Source: a virus
DNA length: 64,000 nucleotides
Direction: 5' to 3' (one strand)
IMG/VR virus record: IMGVR_UViG_3300036715_001865
Location: 96,001-160,000 of that record
Both the position numbers and the translations under genes were made by a program. Positions 29,609-39,487 of the stretch are shown here, piece after piece (the first letter of the stretch is position 1; the number at the start of each line of letters is the position of its first letter). Below the pieces are notes generated by a model, which was given only the letters and a program-made list of their open reading frames with translations, ran no database searches and was not told the origin of the DNA.

Positions 29609-31513
29609 TTATTCTATAATAGTTGTGAGCCACGCTTTTCTTAAATCGGCATTTTTACCAAATAACAATTCCATTACCTCTTTCATTTTGCCATCATCCA
29701 CAAACGGTATGACTGATTTCTCGATGTCTCCTAGTATCATTTCCCAATCTACTTTTGACATACTACCCAAACCTTTCATGTATGTAATTTCCCAACCCTT
29801 GTACTTGGTTTTTACTTTTTCATAATCAGATTGTGTTGTAAAATGTATTCTTTTTCCACCCTTTGAAGCAACAACGTTTGGTGCAACTAATCTATAAAAG
29901 ATAGGAGGGCAGTTTGGGTCAAATAATTCAGGCCAAAATTTAAAAAACAAACAAGCAAGTAGTGTAAAAATATCGTCACCATCTCTATCAGCATCTGTTG
30001 CAGGGATAATATATCCATAGTTTAACTTACTTCTATCAGCAGGTTTTCCTGGTGTAAGACCTATTACTGCTAATAACTCTGTAATTTTGCCCATCTTCAA
30101 TGCTTGAGCTGGTGTACAATCCCACACATTGTTGATCTTCCCTGTCAATGCGAATGCTGCAATTGTGTTTGGGTCTCTTGCTTCTGATATTTGAGATTTT
30201 GCTGACAACCCTTCCGTAATTAACAGTCTACATAGTTTGCGGTCAGTGCTAGTAGCATCCAACAATCCATCAACTTTAATGCGTTTGCGTAGTTGTTTTT
30301 CATGAGCGCCAATAGCTTTTGAATTTTCATTAAGGTGATGTCGGTCATTAGCTCGAGCTAACACCTCTTCTAACCAAACATTGGTTGTTTTTGCAAACGT
30401 TTTCCAACTAGAATCCACAGCACTTGTGAATTCTTTTCTCATATCAGGACCAGTTAATCTAGTCTTTGATTGACTGTCATACTCAGGGTTTTTAACCTTC
30501 AAATTAGCCAACACCAACAACCCTTTTCGAATATCATTTCTGGTAATTTCAGCTTTTAATTTTTTAGCTTCTTTTAATAAATGATTTCCTACTCTATCAA
30601 ATAGAACATTGAAAAATTGTGTGTTACACTTTCCACCATCAAATAACAATGAACTATTGACCCAAGTAAACATTTGCTCATCAATCCCATCATGGCCATT
30701 GCATATAATATAAATATCCCCGTGAACATTTTCATCATTTACACTAAAAGTAAAAGTATCTTTTCCTACTGCAATCCTATCAATATACTCTTGTACACCT
30801 CGTTTATAACGAAACTTTTCTCCATTGTATTCAACACTTATATTTGGATTTGTCATCGCAATTTCAACTGCTCTATTGCGAATTAAATTGTCCGGTAGTG
30901 ATATATCCGAAAACACCAACGGATCTAGTTGAAAGCTTAATTCTGTTCCTGTGGTCTTTGCAACCAACTCAGTAATTTTAGGCCTTGATGCTTTATTTGC
31001 ACCATCAACAAATTTCTGGTAGTATTTTTTATTGTCTCGATGTATGGTAATATCTAATTCAGAGCAACAAAAGTTTGTACAAGCTGCGCCCACTCCATTC
31101 ATACCCTGGACACCTATTTGCTTATCTTCAGTAAAGTTTCTACCCGAACGTAATGAACTAAACACTACTTCTGGAGTAAATTTCCCAGAACTATGCTTAT
31201 CAATAGGTACACCTCGACCATTATCACCAATTGTGTATTTTCCTGTTTCAGGTGATGCTTGAATTTTCAACAACTTAACCTTGGAAGAAATCTGGGCAAA
31301 TTCATCCAAACTATTATCAACGATTTCACCGAATGCCTTATACACCGCTGGTATAAATGTAACATCTTCAATTTGTAATACTGGGCTAGATAACAATGGT
31401 ATAGAAAATGTGGTTGGATTGCCACTACCGAAGTATACAGGGTTGCGTAATCTAACATGCTCTCTATCGGTTAATATTTTTATATCTTCTGATGTATATG
31501 TTTTTTCTTTCAT
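29609..31513 (-). CDS. type II topoisomerase, ATPase/TOPRIM subunit (gp39+60/GyrB-like)
   Basis: EIVDNSLDE, DNGRGVP, GMNGVG, TEGLSA, TDADRDG, KGLG. Confidence 0.95.
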   Translation of the reverse strand: MKEKTYTSEDIKILTDREHVRLRNPVYFGSGNPTTFSIPLLSSPVLQIEDVTFIPAVYKAFGEIVDNSLDEFAQISSKVKLLKIQASPETGKYTIGDNGRGVPIDKHSSGKFTPEVVFSSLRSGRNFTEDKQIGVQGMNGVGAACTNFCCSELDITIHRDNKKYYQKFVDGANKASRPKITELVAKTTGTELSFQLDPLVFSDISLPDNLIRNRAVEIAMTNPNISVEYNGEKFRYKRGVQEYIDRIAVGKDTFTFSVNDENVHGDIYIICNGHDGIDEQMFTWVNSSLLFDGGKCNTQFFNVLFDRVGNHLLKEAKKLKAEITRNDIRKGLLVLANLKVKNPEYDSQSKTRLTGPDMRKEFTSAVDSSWKTFAKTTNVWLEEVLARANDRHHLNENSKAIGAHEKQLRKRIKVDGLLDATSTDRKLCRLLITEGLSAKSQISEARDPNTIAAFALTGKINNVWDCTPAQALKMGKITELLAVIGLTPGKPADRSKLNYGYIIPATDADRDGDDIFTLLACLFFKFWPELFDPNCPPIFYRLVAPNVVASKGGKRIHFTTQSDYEKVKTKYKGWEITYMKGLGSMSKVDWEMILGDIEKSVIPFVDDGKMKEVMELLFGKNADLRKAWLTTIIE

Positions 31514-31527
31514 CTAGTTTTATTCTC

Positions 31528-31764
31528 CTAATTGCGGGAAGTGGCTTGTTGAGCTGCTATTAGCCTCTCAACATCATCCATTGCAAAATTTAAAGCACTT
31601 AATAATTGCAATACTGTTTGCCCAGCAGGCATCTGCCGGAGTATATTAAGTTTATCCAGAATTAAACCTTGTTGAGTACCAAGTTGTGTAACATTCATAG
31701 TATCCCACAAATCTGTTCTTATATTAACTTCCCAATCTTCTTTTTTTATTTGTTCATATTCCAT
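31528..31764 (-). CDS. hypothetical protein
   Basis: AAGGA RBS; coupled to primase. Confidence 0.6.
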   Translation of the reverse strand: MEYEQIKKEDWEVNIRTDLWDTMNVTQLGTQQGLILDKLNILRQMPAGQTVLQLLSALNFAMDDVERLIAAQQATSRN

Positions 31765-31766
31765 TA

Positions 31767-32798
31767 TTATGTTCCTTTTTCACAATATAAATTTATTACT
31801 ACCTTGGCTAAATTACCCGAAACAGTATTCTGCATAATGGTACGTAATGTGTATAATAATCCATGCTTTCGAATAGAATCATTAACATCTTTGCAATCGT
31901 CACTTTTATCTAATGTACTTATACTCCACCCCAAGTCAATTGCTTGTTCAGCTAAAATATGCCCTGACCCATACCTATCCGGTATTACTACTTTAGGTCT
32001 TCGAGATTTGTTTAACCACGTGATTTGGGATTTTGTTAATTTGTTGCCAAAAATTGCGACTCCTGATAATGCAGATGCATCAAACCAACCTTCTACAACA
32101 TATAATGGATCCGTGTTGTACCCTTGTATTTGATCATACCCATACATTACATTATCCCTAGCTACTGATGCACTCAAATATTTCTTTTGGTGCAAATCTG
32201 TTAAATCCCTACCTTGATAGAATATTAATTTGTTGTCTTTATATATTGGAATGATTAGTCGTCCGTACCATCTGGCATTAAGAACATGCTGTTGGTGCTT
32301 TACACAATGAAATGGATAAGTTTTCCAATCGATCCCTCTGTTGGCTAAGTATTCAATAGAATACTGACACCAATCATCATCGGGATCATCCACTAATGGA
32401 TAAAAGAAAGGTAGTAACGGGATTTCATCCGGCTCAATAGATTGATAAACAGATACAGCTTTAGAATATTCACCTGTAAGGGCGTCGAGAGTTAGTTTCC
32501 CCCAATCCACCTTAAGGATACCAAATGATTCAAATACTTCCACCATATTTTTTGATGGATTTTTATTTTCAGTTGGCTCATATACTGCAACATGTCCACA
32601 ATTAAAACAATTATATGTTCCACCATGTTCTGTAAACACAAATGCAGCTCGTTTACCTTTTTTACCATGGTCATTGCATACCTTACACAATACAGGATAC
32701 CATCCCTTAGCACTTGGAGGGTCTAAGTGTATATGTTGAGTGATTATTTGTTCAAATAGATTATTAGAAGAATCAACTGTTGACGGCTTCCTATCCAT
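31767..32798 (-). CDS. DNA primase (gp61-like)
   Basis: Zn finger CKVC...CFNC; TOPRIM VVEGWFDA; PD motif. Confidence 0.88.
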   Translation of the reverse strand: MDRKPSTVDSSNNLFEQIITQHIHLDPPSAKGWYPVLCKVCNDHGKKGKRAAFVFTEHGGTYNCFNCGHVAVYEPTENKNPSKNMVEVFESFGILKVDWGKLTLDALTGEYSKAVSVYQSIEPDEIPLLPFFYPLVDDPDDDWCQYSIEYLANRGIDWKTYPFHCVKHQQHVLNARWYGRLIIPIYKDNKLIFYQGRDLTDLHQKKYLSASVARDNVMYGYDQIQGYNTDPLYVVEGWFDASALSGVAIFGNKLTKSQITWLNKSRRPKVVIPDRYGSGHILAEQAIDLGWSISTLDKSDDCKDVNDSIRKHGLLYTLRTIMQNTVSGNLAKVVINLYCEKGT

Positions 32799-32863
32799 AC
32801 GCTCTCCAATATTGATATAAAATACAATTATACATCAATATTGAATAAACTTCAACTTTCTTA

Positions 32864-33805
32864 CTATTCTGATGAATTGTTCTCTATATAATCCATTAGT
32901 TTTGTGTATATCAACCGTTGATATCTTTTCCACTGTTGAAGTTTGTATTTTTGGAATTTTGGATTGTCAGTTGGAGCTAGTAACACCGATTTCATTTTAT
33001 CAAACCGTTGAACTATGCCAAAACTTTTGTTAAGACCTAACGTGCCTTTGGTGCTAATATTATTCAATACCTGTTTAATAATATCTGTTGGATGGCCTCT
33101 ATCCTCTGCCCACCAAATTAAACCAGATACAATATTTTGCGAATGTGCTTCAATCTCCACTTGCTGACTTAAGTATTTTTCCTGATCACCACTCCCCCCT
33201 GCTGACTTTATAAGGTGCTTATCTGTTGAGGTGAGGGTGTGTTGGTTGTTGCTGCGTTGGGACTGTATTATGTGGGTTAGTTCATGCTCCACTGTTCCAA
33301 CCCAATTAGGTACTAATAAAGCCGCTCGGTTTACCTGGTGAATCAACTTAAATGGATAGTATAGGTCAATTAATGCAACATTCATGTATGGACCAGTTTT
33401 TTTAGTAACCTCCTCAGATGAACCAACAAAAATTCTACGAAATCCTGTTGCAGTGCCGTGGTGAGCCATTTTTTCCACAATATGAACCCCTACTCTTATT
33501 GAGGTGCCTTGATAGTTATCTTTATCATACTTGACCCGTGTTGCTACTGGTTGATTTGTTTTTATGTTGTCAGGTGTACCATAAAATGGTGTTTTAATTT
33601 GAGAATTTAAAAGGTTATTGATAACAGGGGTTAACATTTTTTTTAACTTGTCCTCCAGTACCTTAACCATATCCACTGTGTTTAGATTAAGGTCTTCACT
33701 GGTTAAGTCCACAAACTTAAGCCAATCATTAAATATCTTGGTTAGTTGTTTATTCGCAGTGGGCGGCAATGCTATTTTTTCCACTAATAATTTTTGAGTT
33801 GACAT
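32864..33805 (-). CDS. HExxH (zincin-like) hypothetical protein, probably late
   Basis: EHELTHIIQ...EIEA; GATAAATA at 33830-33837. Confidence 0.6.
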   Translation of the reverse strand: MSTQKLLVEKIALPPTANKQLTKIFNDWLKFVDLTSEDLNLNTVDMVKVLEDKLKKMLTPVINNLLNSQIKTPFYGTPDNIKTNQPVATRVKYDKDNYQGTSIRVGVHIVEKMAHHGTATGFRRIFVGSSEEVTKKTGPYMNVALIDLYYPFKLIHQVNRAALLVPNWVGTVEHELTHIIQSQRSNNQHTLTSTDKHLIKSAGGSGDQEKYLSQQVEIEAHSQNIVSGLIWWAEDRGHPTDIIKQVLNNISTKGTLGLNKSFGIVQRFDKMKSVLLAPTDNPKFQKYKLQQWKRYQRLIYTKLMDYIENNSSE

Positions 33806-33844
33806 AAAAATATCCATTAATTGATATTTTATTTATCACCCACA

Positions 33845-33870
33845 AACAAAAAACCACCCGAAGGTGGTTT
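33845..33870 (-). terminator. tmRNA terminator
   Basis: AAACCACC-TTCG-GGTGGTTT followed by a T-tract. Confidence 0.85.
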
Positions 33871-34140
33871 ATGTGAAGGTGTTTCTGTTTCCAAGTGTAC
33901 CTCCAATACTCATACCTACTTAGTTGCCTAAGCGGCTAGTGCATAATTTTCTGAATTTGCAGTTATATTTTTTATGCCATTAGATATTACTATCCAGAAG
34001 GTCATCTCTCTAGTTGCCGATCAAACTTATTCTACCCCAATCGATACCATGACATCCCCATAATTAGTTATTTGTGGAGATGGTGGGAGTCGAACCCACG
34101 TCTTGAAGCCTTTAATTTGATAGGAATTACAACCATTCAA
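33845..34140 (-). ncRNA. ssrA: circularly permuted (two-piece) tmRNA, tag ANSENYALAA
   Basis: T-arm GTGGG-TTCGACT-CCCAC and CATCTCC-A (34099-34075) precede GGGGATG (34059-34053); G3:U70 pair; tag ORF 33960-33928. Confidence 0.92.
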
Positions 34141-34146
34141 CTTTTG

Positions 34147-34154
34147 TATTTATA
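34147..34154 (-). promoter_or_regulatory. T4-late-like promoter of the tmRNA
   Basis: Exact TATAAATA just upstream of the acceptor piece. Confidence 0.7.
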
Positions 34155-34503
34155 CTATTCGAGTTTTATGTGCCTTAATATACTCATTTGTGAAATACTT
34201 TACTCTACCATCTACCATTTCACACAAGGTAGTAGGATGTATTCCCGAACCTACTGCAATAGTAAATTGAATATCAACCAATTGCTCATCGATATCATCA
34301 GTGGGCCGAACATAATCCATACCGGATACAAATATCCTATAAGCTTCAGTGGCTAAATTATATGCCAATTGATCTATAGCAATTTTTGTTTGGTTGGCAT
34401 CAATAGCTTGAATGGTACCATCTTTGATAATTTCTGTACACAATTCTTCCCAAGATTGTAACTCTTGATTGCTAATTTTAGTTGGTGTAGATGTATTGTT
34501 CAT
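34150..34503 (-). CDS. hypothetical protein
   Basis: ATGA-type coupling to the upstream gene; clean ORF. Confidence 0.65.
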   Translation of the reverse strand: MNNTSTPTKISNQELQSWEELCTEIIKDGTIQAIDANQTKIAIDQLAYNLATEAYRIFVSGMDYVRPTDDIDEQLVDIQFTIAVGSGIHPTTLCEMVDGRVKYFTNEYIKAHKTRIV

Positions 34504-35009
34504 TTATGTCCTTTTGTTGAGGCCCAATCCAAATCCAAGTCTTCTTGATACTCTTTTGCAATGTGAATTACAGGAAGTGTATCTAAAATACTTGGTAGTT
34601 TATCAATATCCATATCCCCAATATTATATGATAGGGTAATATGTGGGGTAAAATCAGGAAAGTCAAATGTAGCATCATGTTTTTTCATTAGATATTCATG
34701 TCGTTCTTTCAATTCTGGACAATCATATTTTATAACCAAACAATTGCTACTACTTCCATCTTCACTGGTTGACTTCCATACATCAAAAGTTGTTGGAGTT
34801 CCAGTAAACATTGGATCTATATTACCCAATGCTTCATATTCAGGTAAAAACTTTCTACTATATAACAACGTAGAATGCATATCTTTTGGCAATAATCCAT
34901 TGGGAATATCATTATCTTTAATGTACTTCAATACTGCTGTGGTTGTGGGTGTATCAAACTTTACACCTGCATACGTTCCTTTATTCGTTTGTAGTTCCGT
35001 TAATAACAT
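34500..35009 (-). CDS. acb1: Acb1-like (T4 57B) 2H phosphoesterase, anti-CBASS nuclease candidate
   Basis: MHSTLLYSR and ATFDFPDFTPHITLSY, C-terminal EDLDLDWA; same layout as T4 57B. Confidence 0.85.
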   Translation of the reverse strand: MLLTELQTNKGTYAGVKFDTPTTTAVLKYIKDNDIPNGLLPKDMHSTLLYSRKFLPEYEALGNIDPMFTGTPTTFDVWKSTSEDGSSSNCLVIKYDCPELKERHEYLMKKHDATFDFPDFTPHITLSYNIGDMDIDKLPSILDTLPVIHIAKEYQEDLDLDWASTKGHK

Positions 35010-35307
35010 TTAACTTCCTTGATATTGATTTATCTCTGAATCTTGACGCTTTTGCCATATCAGAGTGATTACCGCATTTATCTTCCATCCGCAACATATG
35101 TGCAAATGCTAGTCCTATTTCATCTCGGACACGAACTTTAACTTCCTGATTTACTCGTCCATTCAAATACACTCTACAGTGCCACCAATTAAGTATCTTA
35201 GTGACGTTTGTAAAGTGAGTACATTCACCAGTGGCAATATTCTGTATAGGTAGTACTGGTTTGATACTGTTTGGCTTGATACTGTTTGGCTTGATACTGT
35301 TTGGCAT
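34981..35307 (-). CDS. hypothetical protein with N-terminal PNSIK repeats
   Basis: In operon order; repeat in frame. Confidence 0.55.
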   Translation of the reverse strand: MPNSIKPNSIKPNSIKPVLPIQNIATGECTHFTNVTKILNWWHCRVYLNGRVNQEVKVRVRDEIGLAFAHMLRMEDKCGNHSDMAKASRFRDKSISRKLNVINGTTNE

Positions 35308-35313
35308 GATACT
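35263..35313. repeat. 15-bp tandem repeat, 3.4 copies
   Basis: GATACTGTTTGGC(T/A)T x3 plus GATACT. Confidence 0.9.
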
Positions 35314-35929
35314 ACTTCCGTTTATATTTCACAAAAACTAATTCTTTGTTTTCAGCTGGTGTTACACTCACCACATCGAATTGTTTTTTAATACTCTTTA
35401 TCGGAAAATACATATCACATTCTACATCTTTATCAACAAAAGTCAACAATAGTTCATCTGCGAATGCAATAGCTTCTACAAATATTCTTCCACCACCAAT
35501 AATAAATACTGGATTATCTAATTCATCAGTGTGATATTCCACAGCTCTAATATTTGGAATAACAGTAGCATTTGGCAAAGATGTAAGTGTCCTTGAGACT
35601 ACAAAACACTTACGATTTGGCAACACACTTTCAATTGCCTTATCTCCCAATCGCTTGTTAATGTCTTCATAAGTATGCCTACCCATTACACAGCAATGTC
35701 CCATCGTGTGCTCCTTGAAGAATTTAAAATCTTCAGAGTAATACCAAGGAATTTCCCCCTTGTTTGAGAATCCACCAAAGTTCTTCTCAATTGCAGCAAT
35801 AATGGTGTACTTTTGTTGTGGGATGGGTTCAAATTGAAACTGTGGTTGACCCATAGCTGCTCGTATTTGAGCTTCCTGCTGCATTCGAGCTTGTTCCGCA
35901 AACATTTTTTGCACTTCTTCCGGATTCAT
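35312..35929 (-). CDS. folA: dihydrofolate reductase with Gln-rich N-terminal extension
   Basis: IPW..SEDFKFFK, VMGRHT, LPNR, IIGGGRIF. Confidence 0.93.
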   Translation of the reverse strand: MNPEEVQKMFAEQARMQQEAQIRAAMGQPQFQFEPIPQQKYTIIAAIEKNFGGFSNKGEIPWYYSEDFKFFKEHTMGHCCVMGRHTYEDINKRLGDKAIESVLPNRKCFVVSRTLTSLPNATVIPNIRAVEYHTDELDNPVFIIGGGRIFVEAIAFADELLLTFVDKDVECDMYFPIKSIKKQFDVVSVTPAENKELVFVKYKRK

Positions 35930-36375
35930 ACTAATATTGCTCCCAACCGTTGAACTGTTAATGGAATGTTTCGAGTGTCGCTATACAACAGCAACGAGAG
36001 GTCTTGGTCAAAAAATACCTTTTCGGCCCGTAATCCTGCCAACGAAAATCCATCTATCATTCTAGTGATTGAAACAAACTTAAATACTTGGTGTTCAGTT
36101 GTAACAGTCAGTTTTACCATACAATAAGTAATAGGTGTGTTACCATCGCTAATCAACAAATCGATGAACTCCGCCATAACTCTTTTAGCATCCTGTGAGT
36201 TTTTCCCCACATATAGGCGGGTCACTCCTCTATTTCCAACCCACACTTCACCTAACATGAGGTACAGGAATGCAGTGGTAATTCTTCTGCGACGGTGCTG
36301 ATAGCTTGAAAACGTGCCATTTAAAATGTGTGCCGTAGCAGTGTGCAACGTGTCAATATCCAACTCTCTAATCAT
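35926..36375 (-). CDS. hypothetical protein, possibly a degenerate P-loop domain
   Basis: RRRRITT and GLRAEKVFFD loosely resemble Walker A/B. Confidence 0.5.
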   Translation of the reverse strand: MIRELDIDTLHTATAHILNGTFSSYQHRRRRITTAFLYLMLGEVWVGNRGVTRLYVGKNSQDAKRVMAEFIDLLISDGNTPITYCMVKLTVTTEHQVFKFVSITRMIDGFSLAGLRAEKVFFDQDLSLLLYSDTRNIPLTVQRLGAILV

Positions 36376-38333
36376 AACATCTCCTTAATATCCGAAATAC
36401 CTACAATTGGTATATTCAATTCCCGAGCTTTATCCAACTTACTAGAAGCCCCATCTGGATTATTAGTAACTACTAAACTGGTTTTTGAACTAATAGAGCT
36501 ACCAATTTTTCCACCAGCCTGTTCAATTAATTTTTGCAAATTAGCATCACGAAATCCAGTAAACACTACAATTTTTCCACTAAAATTACCAGAAGCAGGT
36601 GGCATATATGGTGCAATCACTACTACTTTTTGTACTTCTCTTAAAAAATTTAAAAATTGTGGATATCCTGTTTGCACTTTTGTGGCTGTTTTGTGTTCAA
36701 ATCCTTTAACATCTAGGATTTTACTGTAACTTTCACACAGTGACATATCTCCATTGAATGCATCATACAGAGCTTTCATTTTCCGAACTCCAACTCCTCT
36801 ACCAAATGCGTTATGAGCACCCATCAATAGATATAATGGGATATTGGTTAATTTTTCACGGAGGCCATTGAAAATCTTTTTTGCATTTACTTTTGAGTTT
36901 AGTAAACTACTTAAATCTTCTTGGGTCAACATAATAACACTTTCAGGTGTTTCAAATCCCATATCAAATATTTTTTGTAGATTACCTTCGCCTAAGTGAG
37001 GTGCTTTAATGGCATCAAAAAAGTCAACTAATTGTCCATATAATGCCTCTTTACTGTTAGCATCGTCCAACACCAAATCAACACCAGTTTCTGTCCAATG
37101 AGTATATCCATATTGGAGAGTCTTCTCAGTAAACCATTCATCATAATCAGCTACTGTTGATGGATGCAAAACTTCCATAATAAATGGCACAACATCACCA
37201 CTTCTGGTTACTTTTACTTTAGACCCTGGACCAATTTTGTTTTCACAAATAAACTTCATATTGAAGCCTGTTGCCCACGTAACTGTTACTCCAACCAATT
37301 CAACTGGAGAAATTTCCACTCTTGGTTTTAGATAACCATGTTTACTAATGTTGATTTCGACGTCCACAACAGTAGCAATTACAACATTGGAGGCATCTGT
37401 AATTTTATATTTGATTGCGTATGCTGGATTCAAAGTAGAGCTGGTTGGATTCATTTCAGCACGTTTGGCAGCTGAATCAACTTCCAGTACAATACCATCT
37501 AACTCATATGCAGAATATTGTTTCCGGTTTTTAACTTCTGCAACTAACAGACCATCATTAATGTTATCCAATTTCCAACGGCGGTAGGATACAACATTAA
37601 AACCTAACTCTTCCAGTAACTGAAGCTGTGCTGTTTTTCCTAATTTGGAACCTACTATTTCGTAGACAACAAAATCAACATATTGATATACACCAACTGG
37701 ATTAACACTAGCATTCATTAAACCAGATACCATATTTCGGGCATTTTTATATGGTGTTCCATTTCTTGTTTTTAAAGTTTTGATAATTGGAAAGTTTCTA
37801 ATTGAAATAATGTTCTCACCACGGACAGCTAACGGCTGCCCATTGTGGTTGATTTTCTTAGGAACAGATGGCATTTGTGATAAATGTCTGGAAATGTCGG
37901 CACCTTGTGTACCATTTCCTCTACTATAACCTATTTGAAAATTACCATCTGCATCATATACAACAAGACCACTAGTGCCATCTAATTTATCAGATTCCAC
38001 AGCACTATATGACTCTAGGCTCCACTTTTTGACCCAAGCTTCAATTTCACCGTCATATACTTGGTCCAACGAGCCCATTTGGAATGGTAAAGTAACCTTT
38101 CCGCCACGGACATCACTACCAATGCCTAAGAAATAAGCATTGGTTGGATCAGTGTTTTTTGCATATTTAGATAGGGCATCATACTCACTATCTTCCATCA
38201 GAGGTTCTTCGTCATTGAAATATAACTCATCTGCTAATTCAAGTACGGATATGATTTGAGCGGTTGAATACCCACCAAATCCAATCTCAAAGAAAGCCGC
38301 CGCCAATAATTTACCTTCATCTGTAGTAATCAT
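36372..38333 (-). CDS. ligA: NAD-dependent DNA ligase with C-terminal BRCT
   Basis: KLDGTS, YSRGNG, VRGE, DGIVL, AIKY, VVFTGFRD. Confidence 0.95.
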   Translation of the reverse strand: MITTDEGKLLAAAFFEIGFGGYSTAQIISVLELADELYFNDEEPLMEDSEYDALSKYAKNTDPTNAYFLGIGSDVRGGKVTLPFQMGSLDQVYDGEIEAWVKKWSLESYSAVESDKLDGTSGLVVYDADGNFQIGYSRGNGTQGADISRHLSQMPSVPKKINHNGQPLAVRGENIISIRNFPIIKTLKTRNGTPYKNARNMVSGLMNASVNPVGVYQYVDFVVYEIVGSKLGKTAQLQLLEELGFNVVSYRRWKLDNINDGLLVAEVKNRKQYSAYELDGIVLEVDSAAKRAEMNPTSSTLNPAYAIKYKITDASNVVIATVVDVEINISKHGYLKPRVEISPVELVGVTVTWATGFNMKFICENKIGPGSKVKVTRSGDVVPFIMEVLHPSTVADYDEWFTEKTLQYGYTHWTETGVDLVLDDANSKEALYGQLVDFFDAIKAPHLGEGNLQKIFDMGFETPESVIMLTQEDLSSLLNSKVNAKKIFNGLREKLTNIPLYLLMGAHNAFGRGVGVRKMKALYDAFNGDMSLCESYSKILDVKGFEHKTATKVQTGYPQFLNFLREVQKVVVIAPYMPPASGNFSGKIVVFTGFRDANLQKLIEQAGGKIGSSISSKTSLVVTNNPDGASSKLDKARELNIPIVGISDIKEML

Positions 38334-38416
38334 ATTTTTCTCCGTTATTCAATAATAATGATATTATATACGAATTTTAGTATTTGTCAACTTAACGGGA
38401 ATCTAAATTATACAGC

Positions 38417-39280
38417 CTATACTGCTACGGTAGCTTTAATTGTAGGGTGACTTTCATAACCAATGATTTCGAAATCTTCAAATTTAAAATCATCAATATC
38501 ATTAATCGACCTATTAAACATAAATTTTGGTGATTTAAATGGAGTTCGAGATAACTGTTCAATACATTGATCTACGTGGTTTTCGTAGATATGAACATTA
38601 CCACCATTCCAAATCAATTCACCAGGGTTTAAACCGGTTACTTCTGCTAACATTCTCAACAATAATGAATACTGTACAACATTGAATGGAACACCCAAAA
38701 ATACATCACAGCTACGTTGATTTAATATCATTGAAAGTTCACCATCCACAACATTACACTGAAACGAATAATGACATGGGGGCAATTTCATATTTGACAA
38801 ATCACCAACATTCCATGCAGTTACAATCATTCTTCTATCTGTTGGATTGTGTAACAACTTATCAATCAAAATAGCAATTTGGTCAATCTCATACGACTTA
38901 AAAATAGGAGCACCATGTATCTCACTACTTTGAACATCCAGTTCATGAGTTAACCACCTTCTCCACTGGTATCCGTACACTGGCCCCAACTCTCCATGTT
39001 CATCTGCCCATTCGTCCCAAATACGAACATTATGGTCTTGTAAATATTTAATGTTGGTGCTACCAGTCAAGTACCATAACAATTCACGAACAATTGATCT
39101 GATGTGCATATGTTTTGTGGTCAATAGTGGAATACTACCATCTCTCAAATCAAAACACATTTGAGGACCAAAAATACTTTTGGTTCGAATTCCTGTTCTA
39201 TTTTGACTCCAAGTACCTTCAGTTAATACTCGTTGTACGAGGTGTAAATATTCCTTATCGTGAAACGATATTTCTTCCAT
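38417..39280 (-). CDS. thyA: thymidylate synthase
   Basis: NRTG, LPPCH, QRSCDVFLGVPFN, HIYENH. Confidence 0.97.
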   Translation of the reverse strand: MEEISFHDKEYLHLVQRVLTEGTWSQNRTGIRTKSIFGPQMCFDLRDGSIPLLTTKHMHIRSIVRELLWYLTGSTNIKYLQDHNVRIWDEWADEHGELGPVYGYQWRRWLTHELDVQSSEIHGAPIFKSYEIDQIAILIDKLLHNPTDRRMIVTAWNVGDLSNMKLPPCHYSFQCNVVDGELSMILNQRSCDVFLGVPFNVVQYSLLLRMLAEVTGLNPGELIWNGGNVHIYENHVDQCIEQLSRTPFKSPKFMFNRSINDIDDFKFEDFEIIGYESHPTIKATVAV

Positions 39281-39292
39281 GAAATCTCCTTT

Positions 39293-39475
39293 TTATTGTT
39301 CAACTACATACAGATCACTATCTCTAACCCATTTCTTCCATGACCCAACCATTCTATCTGATGGGGTGATTTCATACAAGGTGTCGATTTTTTTACTTGC
39401 TAATTCTTTAGCGGCCTTTTTTCCAGTTTTAATAACTTCCACCCCTTCGTATACGTATACAGGCTTATCATCCAT
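39293..39475 (-). CDS. small hypothetical protein
   Basis: AAGGA RBS; fills the gap in the operon. Confidence 0.6.
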   Translation of the reverse strand: MDDKPVYVYEGVEVIKTGKKAAKELASKKIDTLYEITPSDRMVGSWKKWVRDSDLYVVEQ

Positions 39476-39487
39476 CTAATTTTTTCC

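Noticed and set aside
34075-34110. tRNA-Ala
   Set aside because: No anticodon arm; the 5' acceptor strand lies downstream together with a tag ORF, so it is tmRNA
34072-34356. Plus-strand ORF MWRWWESNPR...
   Set aside because: Typical antisense translation of a T-arm; it is the tmRNA shadow
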